Shown: piece by piece, positions 17,043 to 25,140 of the stretch
How the letters are laid out: each line of letters starts with the position of its first letter
Position numbering within the stretch: position 1 is the stretch's first letter
Virus record (IMG/VR): IMGVR_UViG_3300047311_000415
Location: 1-62,146 of that record
From: a virus
Lineage: Duplodnaviria; Caudoviricetes
Strand: one strand, 5' to 3'
DNA length: 62,146 nucleotides
The notes under the pieces: model-generated
Databases searched by the model: none
Told to the model about the DNA's origin: nothing
The model's input: only the letters and a program-made list of their open reading frames with translations
Program-made: the position numbers and the translations under genes

Positions 17043-17318
17043 ATGCATTATCACATTTTTTGGGGATTAAGGACATCCGACGAGCCCTTTATTCTAAATT
17101 TTTCGAATAAAAATGAGGCCATTGACAAGTTTATCGCGCTGGTTAAAGATGTAGAAGGTGACAGCGTGAAGGACGGCCCTCCGCCTTGGGATGAGAAGAC
17201 TTATGACAATGATACTCACGTCTTCCGAATCATTAGCCCTCAGTACAAATACCTGCTAGTCTACTGTAAAAATAAGTGTAATACTGAAAAGGCCGCCTAC
17301 CCTTTGAATGTAAATTGA
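17043..17318 (+). CDS. hypothetical protein
   Basis: 91 aa ORF with an AAGGA SD. Confidence 0.7.
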   Translation: MHYHIFWGLRTSDEPFILNFSNKNEAIDKFIALVKDVEGDSVKDGPPPWDEKTYDNDTHVFRIISPQYKYLLVYCKNKCNTEKAAYPLNVN

Positions 17319-17351
17319 TTTGGGCATAAGGTGATATAATTATTACCGTAA

Positions 17352-17426
17352 GCGAATGTAACTCAATGGTAGAGTCTCTGCCTTCCAAGCAGATGGTTGA
17401 GGGTTCGAGCCCCTTCGTTCGCTCCA
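17352..17426 (+). tRNA. tRNA-Gly(TCC)
   Basis: TCTGC-CTTCCAA-GCAGA, ends TCCA. Confidence 0.94.
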
Positions 17427-17527
17427 GATGATAGTTCTTAAGTTCCTCAAAGCGGTTGTGTTGTGGGCTGTTCTAGATGTTCTGCATATGCAGGATTTGG
17501 TAGACAGACTTAAGAAGCTATAATTAA

Positions 17528-17602
17528 GCAGACTTAATTCAGTGGTAGAATGATTCGTTGCCAACGAATATGTCACGGGTTCGAGCCCCGTAGTCTGCTC
17601 CA
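17528..17602 (+). tRNA. tRNA-Gly(GCC)
   Basis: ATTCG-TTGCCAA-CGAAT, ends TCCA. Confidence 0.93.
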
Positions 17603-17702
17603 AGACGAATGCTGATGTGGATTACATTGGTAAAAGGTCAGGAGCAATCCTGATTCGAGAAGGTTCAAATCCTTCATAAAAATCTCATCGTTTTAGTCGT
17701 CT
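17603..17702 (+). ncRNA. putative tRNA-like structured RNA with no anticodon and no CCA
   Basis: Terminal stem AGACGA/TCGTCT, inner GATG/CATC and GATT/AATC pairings, D-loop-like TTGGTAA, TCAGGA-GCAA-TCCTGA hairpin, T arm GAAGG-TTCAAAT-CCTTC. Confidence 0.6.
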
Positions 17703-17706
17703 ATTC

Positions 17707-17780
17707 GCGGTTATGGTCCAATGGTAGAATTTCTGTTTGCCGAACAGAGGACGAGGGTTCGATTCCCTCTAACCGCTCCA
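17707..17780 (+). tRNA. tRNA-Gly(GCC), second copy
   Basis: TCTGT-TTGCCGA-ACAGA, ends TCCA. Confidence 0.92.
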
Positions 17781-17804
17781 GGTAAGTACAAAGCAGTTAA
17801 AACT

Positions 17805-17883
17805 GCGGGTGTGGCTCAGTGGCGACGGCATCTGCCTTCCAAGCAGAATATCAACGTGAGTTCGACTCTCACCACCCGCTCCA
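17805..17883 (+). tRNA. tRNA-Gly(TCC), second copy
   Basis: GCGGGTG/CACCCGC, loop CTTCCAA, ends TCCA. Confidence 0.93.
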
Positions 17884-17887
17884 AATT

Positions 17888-18190
17888 ATGATCAACGCAT
17901 GTAAGTTCTGCGAAAATCCAATTCCTATTCCACAGCTTGGTGATGACTGGTGGTGTCCCAAGTGCCAGAAGTATTCTATTGTCTGTTTAGATAACAGCAT
18001 TGTAGAATCAGAGACATTGCGTAACGGCAATTTCTATATTGTATTCTTCCCAGCTTACAAGACAGCCAGCATTGCATCAACTGATGATGCTGATAAGAAA
18101 ATTCTCAAATCTTTTGAGATGGATGAATTGACTCATGAGCAAGCGCTCTATTGGGCCAATAAACTGAAAACATATGTTATTTTTCAGTAG
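17888..18190 (+). CDS. Zn-ribbon protein with C-terminal tail motif (...NKLKTYVIFQ)
   Basis: CKFC...CPKC; ATG just after the tRNA. Confidence 0.75.
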   Translation: MINACKFCENPIPIPQLGDDWWCPKCQKYSIVCLDNSIVESETLRNGNFYIVFFPAYKTASIASTDDADKKILKSFEMDELTHEQALYWANKLKTYVIFQ

Positions 18191-18260
18191 AATCCATAGA
18201 AAAGTTATATGACGTAGAGCGGAAAAGATACGCAGGCATTTTGTAAAAATGCGTGCCGTC

Positions 18261-18288
18261 TTGACTTACAATCTCTACGATTTACATT
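18261..18288 (+). promoter_or_regulatory. sigma70-like promoter upstream of tsf
   Basis: TTGACT-N16-TACATT. Confidence 0.65.
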
Positions 18289-18309
18289 TTTGGACAGAAG
18301 GATAGTATA

Positions 18310-19206
18310 ATGAGCAACACGGAACTAATCAGGGAGCTAAGAGCATTAACATCAGCCGGCATGAAAGATTGCAAGGATGCCCTCGAAGAGGCAAGCTGGG
18401 ATTTGCAAAAGGCCGTTGATATCGTCAAGGTAAAGGGCCTCAACATTGCTGACGGCCGTACTGGACGTGTAGCTGCTGATGGACGTGTAGCTGTCGATCA
18501 CTTCAGTGCCGGTGCTGCCCTAGTTGAAGTCAATTGCCAAACTGATTTTGTTGCTGGCAACCCTGATTTTGTGCAGTTTGCACAAGATGTTGCTACTGAT
18601 GTTATTATTGCCCATGTCGCTCGGGAGCCATTCACGGCTGACCGGGTTGAGGCTGCGCGTCAAGCAATCGTCTCTACTATCAAAGAAAACATTGTAGTTC
18701 GTAGATGGTGGCTCGAAGAGGCCATTGATCCAACTGTAAGGGTGTTCAGTTATGTTCACTCTAATGGTAAGATTGGAGTTCTTCTAACTTTGAAGGCACC
18801 CACTGTGGACGCCAAGCGCGACTCAGCATTCGTTGAGTTGGGTAGTGACCTTGCCATGCAGATTGCTGCTATGAGTCCTTTGGCTGTTGATTCCGATCGT
18901 CTTCCAGTTGAAGAGAAGGATCGTCAGAAGGCTATCTTCCAGACTCAGCTCAAGGAAGAGAATAAACCGGAGAAGATGTGGGACAAGATCCTTGAGGGCA
19001 AGTTCCGCAAGTGGAACACAGAAGTTTGTTTGCTAGAGCAGGAGTCAGTGGTTCTTCCTAAGACGGCTGTGAAGCAAGTGATTAAGAATGTCGGAACCAA
19101 GTTGGGCGGAGAGATTCAAGTTGTGAATTTCGTTCGTTGCCAGGTTGGTGAGGGCATTGAAAAGAAACAAGACAACCTCGCAGAGGAAGTCGCTAAGATG
19201 ATGTAA
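18310..19206 (+). CDS. tsf: elongation factor Ts
   Basis: IRELRALTSAGMKDCKDAL, EVNCQTDFVA, AMQIAA..P, FVRCQVGEGIEK. Confidence 0.96.
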   Translation: MSNTELIRELRALTSAGMKDCKDALEEASWDLQKAVDIVKVKGLNIADGRTGRVAADGRVAVDHFSAGAALVEVNCQTDFVAGNPDFVQFAQDVATDVIIAHVAREPFTADRVEAARQAIVSTIKENIVVRRWWLEEAIDPTVRVFSYVHSNGKIGVLLTLKAPTVDAKRDSAFVELGSDLAMQIAAMSPLAVDSDRLPVEEKDRQKAIFQTQLKEENKPEKMWDKILEGKFRKWNTEVCLLEQESVVLPKTAVKQVIKNVGTKLGGEIQVVNFVRCQVGEGIEKKQDNLAEEVAKMM

Positions 19207-19214
19207 GGTGCAAG

Positions 19215-19508
19215 ATGACCAGTGATGTAACCCAATTGATCGATAAACTAACGAATGCAGTGTCCTTTAAGTATAAGGAGGATGCAACTTCTCCCAACCT
19301 AACCATTTCCAGGCTTCGTAACGGCCATTACTACTGTTCAGTAGTTCGTTACGCCAAGAGTGGCGGCACCCAGAAGAAGGTTGTTGTCTGCAAGTCAGAG
19401 ACTGCAAATCTGGAAGATTCTGTCAAAAATGTTGTCAATGCTTTCCTCAAGATTGCTCAACCTCAACCAGATCCGCTCCAAGAGTTGGATAAGCTCGCTA
19501 ACGGATAA
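19215..19508 (+). CDS. hypothetical protein
   Basis: 97 aa ORF with an AAGGTG SD. Confidence 0.75.
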   Translation: MTSDVTQLIDKLTNAVSFKYKEDATSPNLTISRLRNGHYYCSVVRYAKSGGTQKKVVVCKSETANLEDSVKNVVNAFLKIAQPQPDPLQELDKLANG

Positions 19509-19517
19509 GGGAGGAAT

Positions 19518-19880
19518 ATGGACCGCAAGACCTTACTAAAAGAGATGAGAGAATCAATTGGAACGAGAGAACCAATTGTTTTCTTTGAGAAGATGGTTGA
19601 TGTCCTCACCCTTCTTTTTGATCAAAATGATAAGTTAGAAAAAGATTTGACGGCAGCTCGCAAAGAAGTAGCCTTGGCCATTCAATGGGAACCAAAGGTG
19701 GCTCGTGCGATGATTACCAAGCAAATCGATCTTCTTCGAGAGAGTAAAGACACTTACGTAGAAGAAATCTCTAAACTGAAGAGAGCCTTCATAGAAGACA
19801 AGGTAACTCAAAACTATAACGAATTCTGCGCTTTCTGGGAAGAAACGCTAGGATTCCACCCATTTTTGGATTACAAGTGA
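19518..19880 (+). CDS. hypothetical protein (helical/coiled-coil)
   Basis: 120 aa ORF with a GGAGG SD. Confidence 0.8.
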   Translation: MDRKTLLKEMRESIGTREPIVFFEKMVDVLTLLFDQNDKLEKDLTAARKEVALAIQWEPKVARAMITKQIDLLRESKDTYVEEISKLKRAFIEDKVTQNYNEFCAFWEETLGFHPFLDYK

Positions 19881-20158
19881 GCGCTAAAGATATTTTCCAA
19901 AGGCTTATCGAAAGAGCAAGCTGCTGGTCATTACTAAGCTCTATGCGTAATAAACCTGGCTGGGGAAACGGTAAACCAGGAGAGCTTATCGAAAAGCTTC
20001 CTCCTGAAGAACGTGAAGAGCTAAAGAACCTTTCTTCTGAAGATGTAGAAAACCACGCTGACCGTCATGTCCTAACATACATGATTGGTCAGTATCCCGA
20101 ATCGACTGTAACAGTACACAAACTCTTTCCAAATAAGAAAGACGGAGATGAAACCTGA
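19877..20158 (+). CDS. hypothetical protein
   Basis: 93 aa ORF overlapping the upstream stop. Confidence 0.7.
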   Translation: MSAKDIFQRLIERASCWSLLSSMRNKPGWGNGKPGELIEKLPPEEREELKNLSSEDVENHADRHVLTYMIGQYPESTVTVHKLFPNKKDGDET

Positions 20159-20909
20159 TAACCCGATTATCCTAGCTCTTGATTTTTCTGAATTGCAAGA
20201 GGCTAGGACAGTGCTGGAGCGAGTACGCCCCCACATTGGAATGATTAAGATTGGCCTAGAGCTATTCACGAGCCACGGGCGAGAAGCTCTGGAACTGTCA
20301 AGCGACTACACAATCCCAATCTTTTTGGATCTCAAGCTATATGATGTGCCAACCACAGTAGCCAAAACTACTTCTAGTGTTTGCTCGTTGCTAGCGCAGC
20401 ATCCTGGTCCCCATTTCCTAAGCATTCATTGTTTAGGCGGGCGGGATATGTGTAAAGCTGCCCTTGAAGCTTCAATGGGCTCTAACGTAACGATTGCCGG
20501 AGTCACGGTTCTTACCTCGCTTACTGAGAGAGATTTCTCTCGGCTAGGATATTCGGACCGGCGACCAGGCCCTCGTACTATAGATTCTGCTGATATTGGT
20601 ATTGATTGCATGAATACGCAAGCTCAATATGATGCTCAGAATAAACGAATCTACAATGGTTTGACCCACTTCATTTGTGCTCCGAATCAGGTCCCACTGA
20701 TGAAGTCTCATTTCGAAGATGCTATTCTTATTACGCCAGGCATTCGTGCCGAAGGTGATGAGACCAATGATCATGCTAGAACTAAACCAGCAGGCTTTGC
20801 CCTCAAGAGCGGAGCAAGTTGGATTGTGGTTGGCAGGCCAATTACCAAGGCAACAGACCCGCGAGATGCGGCGTTCTATTTCGAACAACAGGCAAAGAAA
20901 TATGGATGA
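20148..20909 (+). CDS. pyrF: orotidine-5'-phosphate decarboxylase
   Basis: ILALD, KIGLEL, FLDLKLYDVPTTV, VTVLTS, TPGIR, IVVGRPIT. Confidence 0.93.
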   Translation: MKPDNPIILALDFSELQEARTVLERVRPHIGMIKIGLELFTSHGREALELSSDYTIPIFLDLKLYDVPTTVAKTTSSVCSLLAQHPGPHFLSIHCLGGRDMCKAALEASMGSNVTIAGVTVLTSLTERDFSRLGYSDRRPGPRTIDSADIGIDCMNTQAQYDAQNKRIYNGLTHFICAPNQVPLMKSHFEDAILITPGIRAEGDETNDHARTKPAGFALKSGASWIVVGRPITKATDPRDAAFYFEQQAKKYG

Positions 20910-21165
20910 AGATTTAGAGAATATGAATATCGATCAGGTTCGTGAAGAGGCTAAGAGGCTTCGTGAAGCGATCCGCTATCATCGTAATCAAAAAGGTGAT
21001 GATCGTTGTTGGGTGGATGATATTCGATTGTATGAAGCGTTGCCGGAAGGCCCCGTCAATTATGATCCAACATTGCCTCCCGAAGATGTTTTCCTCGAAA
21101 ATTGCAAGCGATTTTGCAAAAGTAGGCAAACGCCAGTCGGTCAGCCCTTCAAAAAAGATTGGTAA
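20902..21165 (+). CDS. hypothetical protein
   Basis: 87 aa beginning MDEDLEN; GDDRCWVDD motif. Confidence 0.7.
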   Translation: MDEDLENMNIDQVREEAKRLREAIRYHRNQKGDDRCWVDDIRLYEALPEGPVNYDPTLPPEDVFLENCKRFCKSRQTPVGQPFKKDW

Positions 21166-21205
21166 AAAGGGCGCTGCATAGCGCGGTATATGTTAGGTGA
21201 GTCAT

Positions 21206-21279
21206 TCAGGGCTCGTCTAACGGCAGGATAGAGGACTCCGACTCCTCTGATATTGGTTCGAATCCAATGCCCTGAACCA
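21206..21279 (+). tRNA. tRNA with CCG anticodon (nominally Arg), Gln-like body
   Basis: TCAGGGC/GCCCTGA, GAGGA-CTCCGAC-TCCTC, ends ACCA. Confidence 0.88.
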
Positions 21280-21290
21280 ACAAGGCTATC

Positions 21291-21689
21291 ATGAAGTTTG
21301 ATTTACAGCTTCATTCTAATGAAGACCTAGAGTATTTCAAAGTGCTGTTTCTCCGTAATATCGGAGATGAGCAAACTCTTTATCATTTTCATGCTGATAA
21401 CATGCAGGTACGCGTTCAGGTCTCCGGATTGAGTGGCTACCAATTAGTTAGTGTCGGATTCTTTGATTGTATCAAAGAAGGGGCAACGACCTCAATAAAT
21501 CAGTTCTGCCCACTTGCTGACAGCAGGTATAAGAACTATGATGTAATCCAAGATTTTTGGTATTACGACTCTAGTAAAGCTTGGGGCTCATTTTCCCACG
21601 CTCCAGAAGAAGTAGAATGGGCCCTAGAAAAGGTTGCCGATATACTTCGTATCGTTTACAAAGTCAACAATTTGAAAGCATTTCTGTAA
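21291..21689 (+). CDS. hypothetical protein with C-terminal tail motif (...KVNNLKAFL)
   Basis: 132 aa ORF. Confidence 0.8.
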   Translation: MKFDLQLHSNEDLEYFKVLFLRNIGDEQTLYHFHADNMQVRVQVSGLSGYQLVSVGFFDCIKEGATTSINQFCPLADSRYKNYDVIQDFWYYDSSKAWGSFSHAPEEVEWALEKVADILRIVYKVNNLKAFL

Positions 21690-22093
21690 TGAAGTCAATG
21701 GGAAAGTTAGTGTACAATCCAAGAACGCACTTAGCTTCTTCGGATCGCTGGCTAGTTTTGATGTGTGATGATGAAATCTCACGCTACTATCGTCACCTGT
21801 ATACTAAGGAATACCCTTACCTAAATGGTGACAAGACTGGTAAACTAACTCGTCCTGTATGGGGAACGCACATCTCGATCGTTCGAGGTGAGTTCATCCC
21901 AAACTTCAAGCTTTGGCGAGCCGATGAGAATAAGTTGGTTGAATTCAACTATGAGTCGGGCGTTATAGACAACGGTGAATACTACTGGCTAAAGGTTACT
22001 TGCCCATATCTTCTGGATCTGCGAGAGAAGTATGGCCTGACTCGTGAACCGCGTTTCGGCCTGCACCTAACCATTGGAAGAACAACAGAATGA
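21689..22093 (+). CDS. putative 2H phosphoesterase
   Basis: Two Hx(S/T) motifs (GTHISIV, LHLTIG); coupled start (TAATG). Confidence 0.6.
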   Translation: MKSMGKLVYNPRTHLASSDRWLVLMCDDEISRYYRHLYTKEYPYLNGDKTGKLTRPVWGTHISIVRGEFIPNFKLWRADENKLVEFNYESGVIDNGEYYWLKVTCPYLLDLREKYGLTREPRFGLHLTIGRTTE

Positions 22094-22173
22094 AAAAGAT
22101 AGTATTCGATCAATCATTTGTCGCTGTCGCTTTGATTGTTGGTATTGTTGTATGGTTAATCCTTAAGAGATAA
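22090..22173 (+). CDS. 27 aa membrane microprotein
   Basis: MKKIVFDQSFVAVALIVGIVVWLILKR; ATGA overlap. Confidence 0.5.
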   Translation: MKKIVFDQSFVAVALIVGIVVWLILKR

Positions 22174-22293
22174 ATGAATCAAAAAGAATTTCAAGAGTAC
22201 TGCCGGAAAACGGCAATCCCGCCCATCATATGGATTCCATTGGTGCTGTTTGCGGTTATTGTGATAGGAGCGTGTATCAGTGCTAGAATATAA
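22174..22293 (+). CDS. 39 aa membrane microprotein
   Basis: MNQKEFQEYCRKTAIPPIIWIPLVLFAVIVIGACISARI; abuts the previous stop. Confidence 0.5.
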   Translation: MNQKEFQEYCRKTAIPPIIWIPLVLFAVIVIGACISARI

Positions 22294-22948
22294 TGAATTT
22301 TACCTCTATCTTGTTCGTCATGGCCAAACGCCAACCAATTTAGATGGAAACACTGTCGGTCAGACGGGCGATTCGCCCCTGACTGAAAAAGGTCGTGAGC
22401 AAGCGCATCTCTTAGGAGAAAGGCTAGCTTACAAAGAGCCGGTAACCTTTGATAAGGTTTTCTCATCTGACTACACTAGAGCGCATGATACTGCCAAGAT
22501 TGCTACTGGTAACAACCAGAACATCATTCTGGCCCCAGAGCTTAGAGAGTATAGTGCAGGTGATTGGACAGGCAATAATCGTAACGAGACATACAATGTC
22601 CCCGCATTGCTGCGCATGGCGGCTATGACTAGTGCTTTCTTACCGCCTAACGGTGAGTCGTTACATATGGTAGAGCGCCGAGCCTCTAAGTGGCTTGAAG
22701 ACAACGTCTTGTACAATAAGTTAGTTCAGGAGGAAGCTGATAGGCGACACGTCAAAAAGTTACCACCACAGAACATCTTTGTATTCTCTCATGGGATGAC
22801 TATCAAATGTCTCCTTCACTACGTTATGGGGTTTGATCAGAGTTTTACCTGGAAGGTTACACTGGAGAATACTTCAATCTCAAAACTCTACTTTGACTAC
22901 AAAGGCTGGCGCTTACTTTCTATCAACGACCATGCGCACTTACTATAA
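22280..22948 (+). CDS. histidine phosphatase (phosphoglycerate mutase-like) family protein
   Basis: YLVRHGQT, LTEKG, SSD..RA..TA, LRE...G.W.G, GES, FSHG. Confidence 0.92.
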   Translation: MLEYNEFYLYLVRHGQTPTNLDGNTVGQTGDSPLTEKGREQAHLLGERLAYKEPVTFDKVFSSDYTRAHDTAKIATGNNQNIILAPELREYSAGDWTGNNRNETYNVPALLRMAAMTSAFLPPNGESLHMVERRASKWLEDNVLYNKLVQEEADRRHVKKLPPQNIFVFSHGMTIKCLLHYVMGFDQSFTWKVTLENTSISKLYFDYKGWRLLSINDHAHLL

Positions 22949-22957
22949 GAGGTCATC

Positions 22958-23476
22958 ATGGGAGCCCAGGAACGAAAACGACAAAAACGTATCAAAGAAT
23001 ACGTTGTCAACCGCGATGGTATGCTTTGCTGCTATTGCGATAAGGTACTAACCACCGAAACTGTTACTATGGAGCATATCGTTCCAGACAGCAAGCGTGG
23101 CACTTTCAATACGACCAATCTCACTGTATCATGCTCTGACTGCAACAACAGACGAGGCAACAAGCCCTTCTTTGATTACTGCAAGCAGTTTAGTTGGTCC
23201 GAAGATAAGATGAACAAATACAAGAGGTTGTACTTTAACAATCTACGAATCAAAGTCCTCAACATTGCCAAAGAAGAGTGCATGAAAGAGGATACAGTAA
23301 TGCCGGCGGCCATCATAAAGCATGCTTGTCAAATTCTCAAAATTAAGGGGATGGACTTTTCAGAATATGAAAAGACATACCAATTTGAAATTAGATTCGA
23401 TGAAACATGCGACCGCAAAAAGATTAAGTATTGCTTTGAACAATTGATAAGAATTATTGAAGCTGATAGCGCTTGA
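22958..23476 (+). CDS. HNH endonuclease domain protein
   Basis: RDG..CCYC, MEHIVP.S.RG, NL..SC..CN..RGNK. Confidence 0.85.
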   Translation: MGAQERKRQKRIKEYVVNRDGMLCCYCDKVLTTETVTMEHIVPDSKRGTFNTTNLTVSCSDCNNRRGNKPFFDYCKQFSWSEDKMNKYKRLYFNNLRIKVLNIAKEECMKEDTVMPAAIIKHACQILKIKGMDFSEYEKTYQFEIRFDETCDRKKIKYCFEQLIRIIEADSA

Positions 23477-23501
23477 TATATTTGGTATCAAGGAGAGCAT
23501 T

Positions 23502-23789
23502 ATGAGCTTACAACCACTGAGAGATTTTATTGTCGTGACCGTTCCAAAGCAAGCCGAAGAAAAAGTAGGTCTACTTTACAAGCCTGCCACTGTAGAGCAG
23601 AAGATTGTTACTGGCACGATTGTTGCAGCAGGTTCGGGTTACTTGACAGATGGCGGAACGATTGTACCTTTGGAGGTCAAGGCTGGCGATACTATCTTGT
23701 TTAGCAAGTCAATGTCCGTTGAAGTTTCCCATAATGGTGAGACTATGTTTCTTCTACGTGAAGAGCATGTCCTCAGCGTTATTAGATAA
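23502..23789 (+). CDS. groES: co-chaperonin GroES
   Basis: LQPLRDFIVV, GTIVAAGSG, PLEVKAGD.ILF, LLREEHVL; AAGGAG SD. Confidence 0.92.
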   Translation: MSLQPLRDFIVVTVPKQAEEKVGLLYKPATVEQKIVTGTIVAAGSGYLTDGGTIVPLEVKAGDTILFSKSMSVEVSHNGETMFLLREEHVLSVIR

Positions 23790-23815
23790 CATCAACACTA
23801 AAAACTATAGCAATG

Positions 23816-23838
23816 AGCCGCTCTTATGGGCGGCTTTT
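23816..23838 (+). terminator. intrinsic terminator after groES
   Basis: AGCCGCTC-TTAT-GGGCGGCT followed by TTT. Confidence 0.7.
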
Positions 23839-23845
23839 GTATTAC

Positions 23846-24526
23846 ATGGATATCAAACATAAAACTTATCAGCCCGCACTAAATTGTCCGCGCTGCAAGA
23901 TTAGATTTTTACAATCACAATATTTCATGAGCAAAGAACATAATTACGTAGATTGCGATCGTTGCGGCCACTGGCAAGATGATCGAAGGCGCAAAGAAGT
24001 GTGTGAGCAGTGTAACAACACCCGCACGACTATTGACCCCAAAGAGATTTTATGTAATCGCTGTGGTGGTTATCAACGCCCTATTGGTTCTCATAATGAG
24101 CAGTATGCTCATGGTTTAGAAGACGCCATCATAACTGGTGGATATGATTCATACCATCTGTTTGATATGACTTCTTACAAGTTTTCTATCTGTGAGAAGT
24201 GCCTTCGTGAAATGTTCAATCAGTTTGCCATCAAACCGATTGTCATAGATCGACTTGGAAGTGTTGAAGGTCCAGCGGACCCTTGGGCCGAAGATCAAGA
24301 ACAGTATGAATACCGTGTCTGGAAAGATACTGGCGGCCATCATCAAGCCTATCTGAATCGCAAATGCAATTTCGTAAAAGATTGCCTCAATAGAGCAGAG
24401 TATACCCAGCTCATTAGTAACGACTTCACAGAAGGTTGTTGCTGCGAAGAGCACAAAGAGTTATGGGGCTACGGCAATAGTAAGCTAACCAAATTCATCC
24501 CCAATGTATTGAAACCATTCCTATGA
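23846..24526 (+). CDS. Cys-rich multi-Zn-finger protein ending ...NVLKPFL
   Basis: Multiple CxxC pairs; start placed after the terminator. Confidence 0.75.
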   Translation: MDIKHKTYQPALNCPRCKIRFLQSQYFMSKEHNYVDCDRCGHWQDDRRRKEVCEQCNNTRTTIDPKEILCNRCGGYQRPIGSHNEQYAHGLEDAIITGGYDSYHLFDMTSYKFSICEKCLREMFNQFAIKPIVIDRLGSVEGPADPWAEDQEQYEYRVWKDTGGHHQAYLNRKCNFVKDCLNRAEYTQLISNDFTEGCCCEEHKELWGYGNSKLTKFIPNVLKPFL

Positions 24527-25140
24527 AATCCTACCCCTCCATTACCAAAGAAGTCAGGCAAGACATTTACATCTATGCTTTCGATAAGCTAGATGGGTCT
24601 AATATCCGTGCTGAGTGGAATAGCAAGAAGGGTTTCTATAAGTTTGGCACTCGTACTCAGTTGACAGATGAGAAGACTATGCCGTTCGGCCGAGCTATCC
24701 CGTTGATTAGAGAAAAATACGAGGAGGACTTGACGGCAGTTTTTAAAGAACAAGGTTACAAGGACGCATTGTGCTTCTTCGAGTTCTGGGGGCCAAGTTC
24801 TTTCGCCGGCAACCACAATTTTGAAGAAAAAATGGATGTGACGTTGATTGATGTCAATCCATACAAAGAGGGTATATTAGTCCCTACCGAGTTCATCAAG
24901 TTATTCGGCCACCTCGACCTACCTAAAATCTGTTATGAGGGGCATGTAACAACAGAGCTGTTTGATAAGGTAAAGCAATCAACACTTGAAGGAATGACTT
25001 TCGAAGGTATAGTCTGTAAAGGCGCAAACGATAAAGCAACAAGAATGCCGATTATGTTTAAAATCAAATCGAAGGCATGGTTAGAAAAGTTGCGAGAGTA
25101 TTGCAAAGGCGATGAGAAGCTATTTGAAAGGCTACAATGA
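24523..25140 (+). CDS. RNA ligase-like nucleotidyltransferase
   Basis: YPSI, DKLDGSN (motif I), FFEF.G (III), FEGIV (IV), MFKIK (V). Confidence 0.8.
   Translation: MKSYPSITKEVRQDIYIYAFDKLDGSNIRAEWNSKKGFYKFGTRTQLTDEKTMPFGRAIPLIREKYEEDLTAVFKEQGYKDALCFFEFWGPSSFAGNHNFEEKMDVTLIDVNPYKEGILVPTEFIKLFGHLDLPKICYEGHVTTELFDKVKQSTLEGMTFEGIVCKGANDKATRMPIMFKIKSKAWLEKLREYCKGDEKLFERLQ

Noticed and set aside
18461-18495. Short tandem repeat TGGACGTGTAGCTG in tsf
   Set aside because: It encodes GRVA twice within a normal EF-Ts region and has only two copies.
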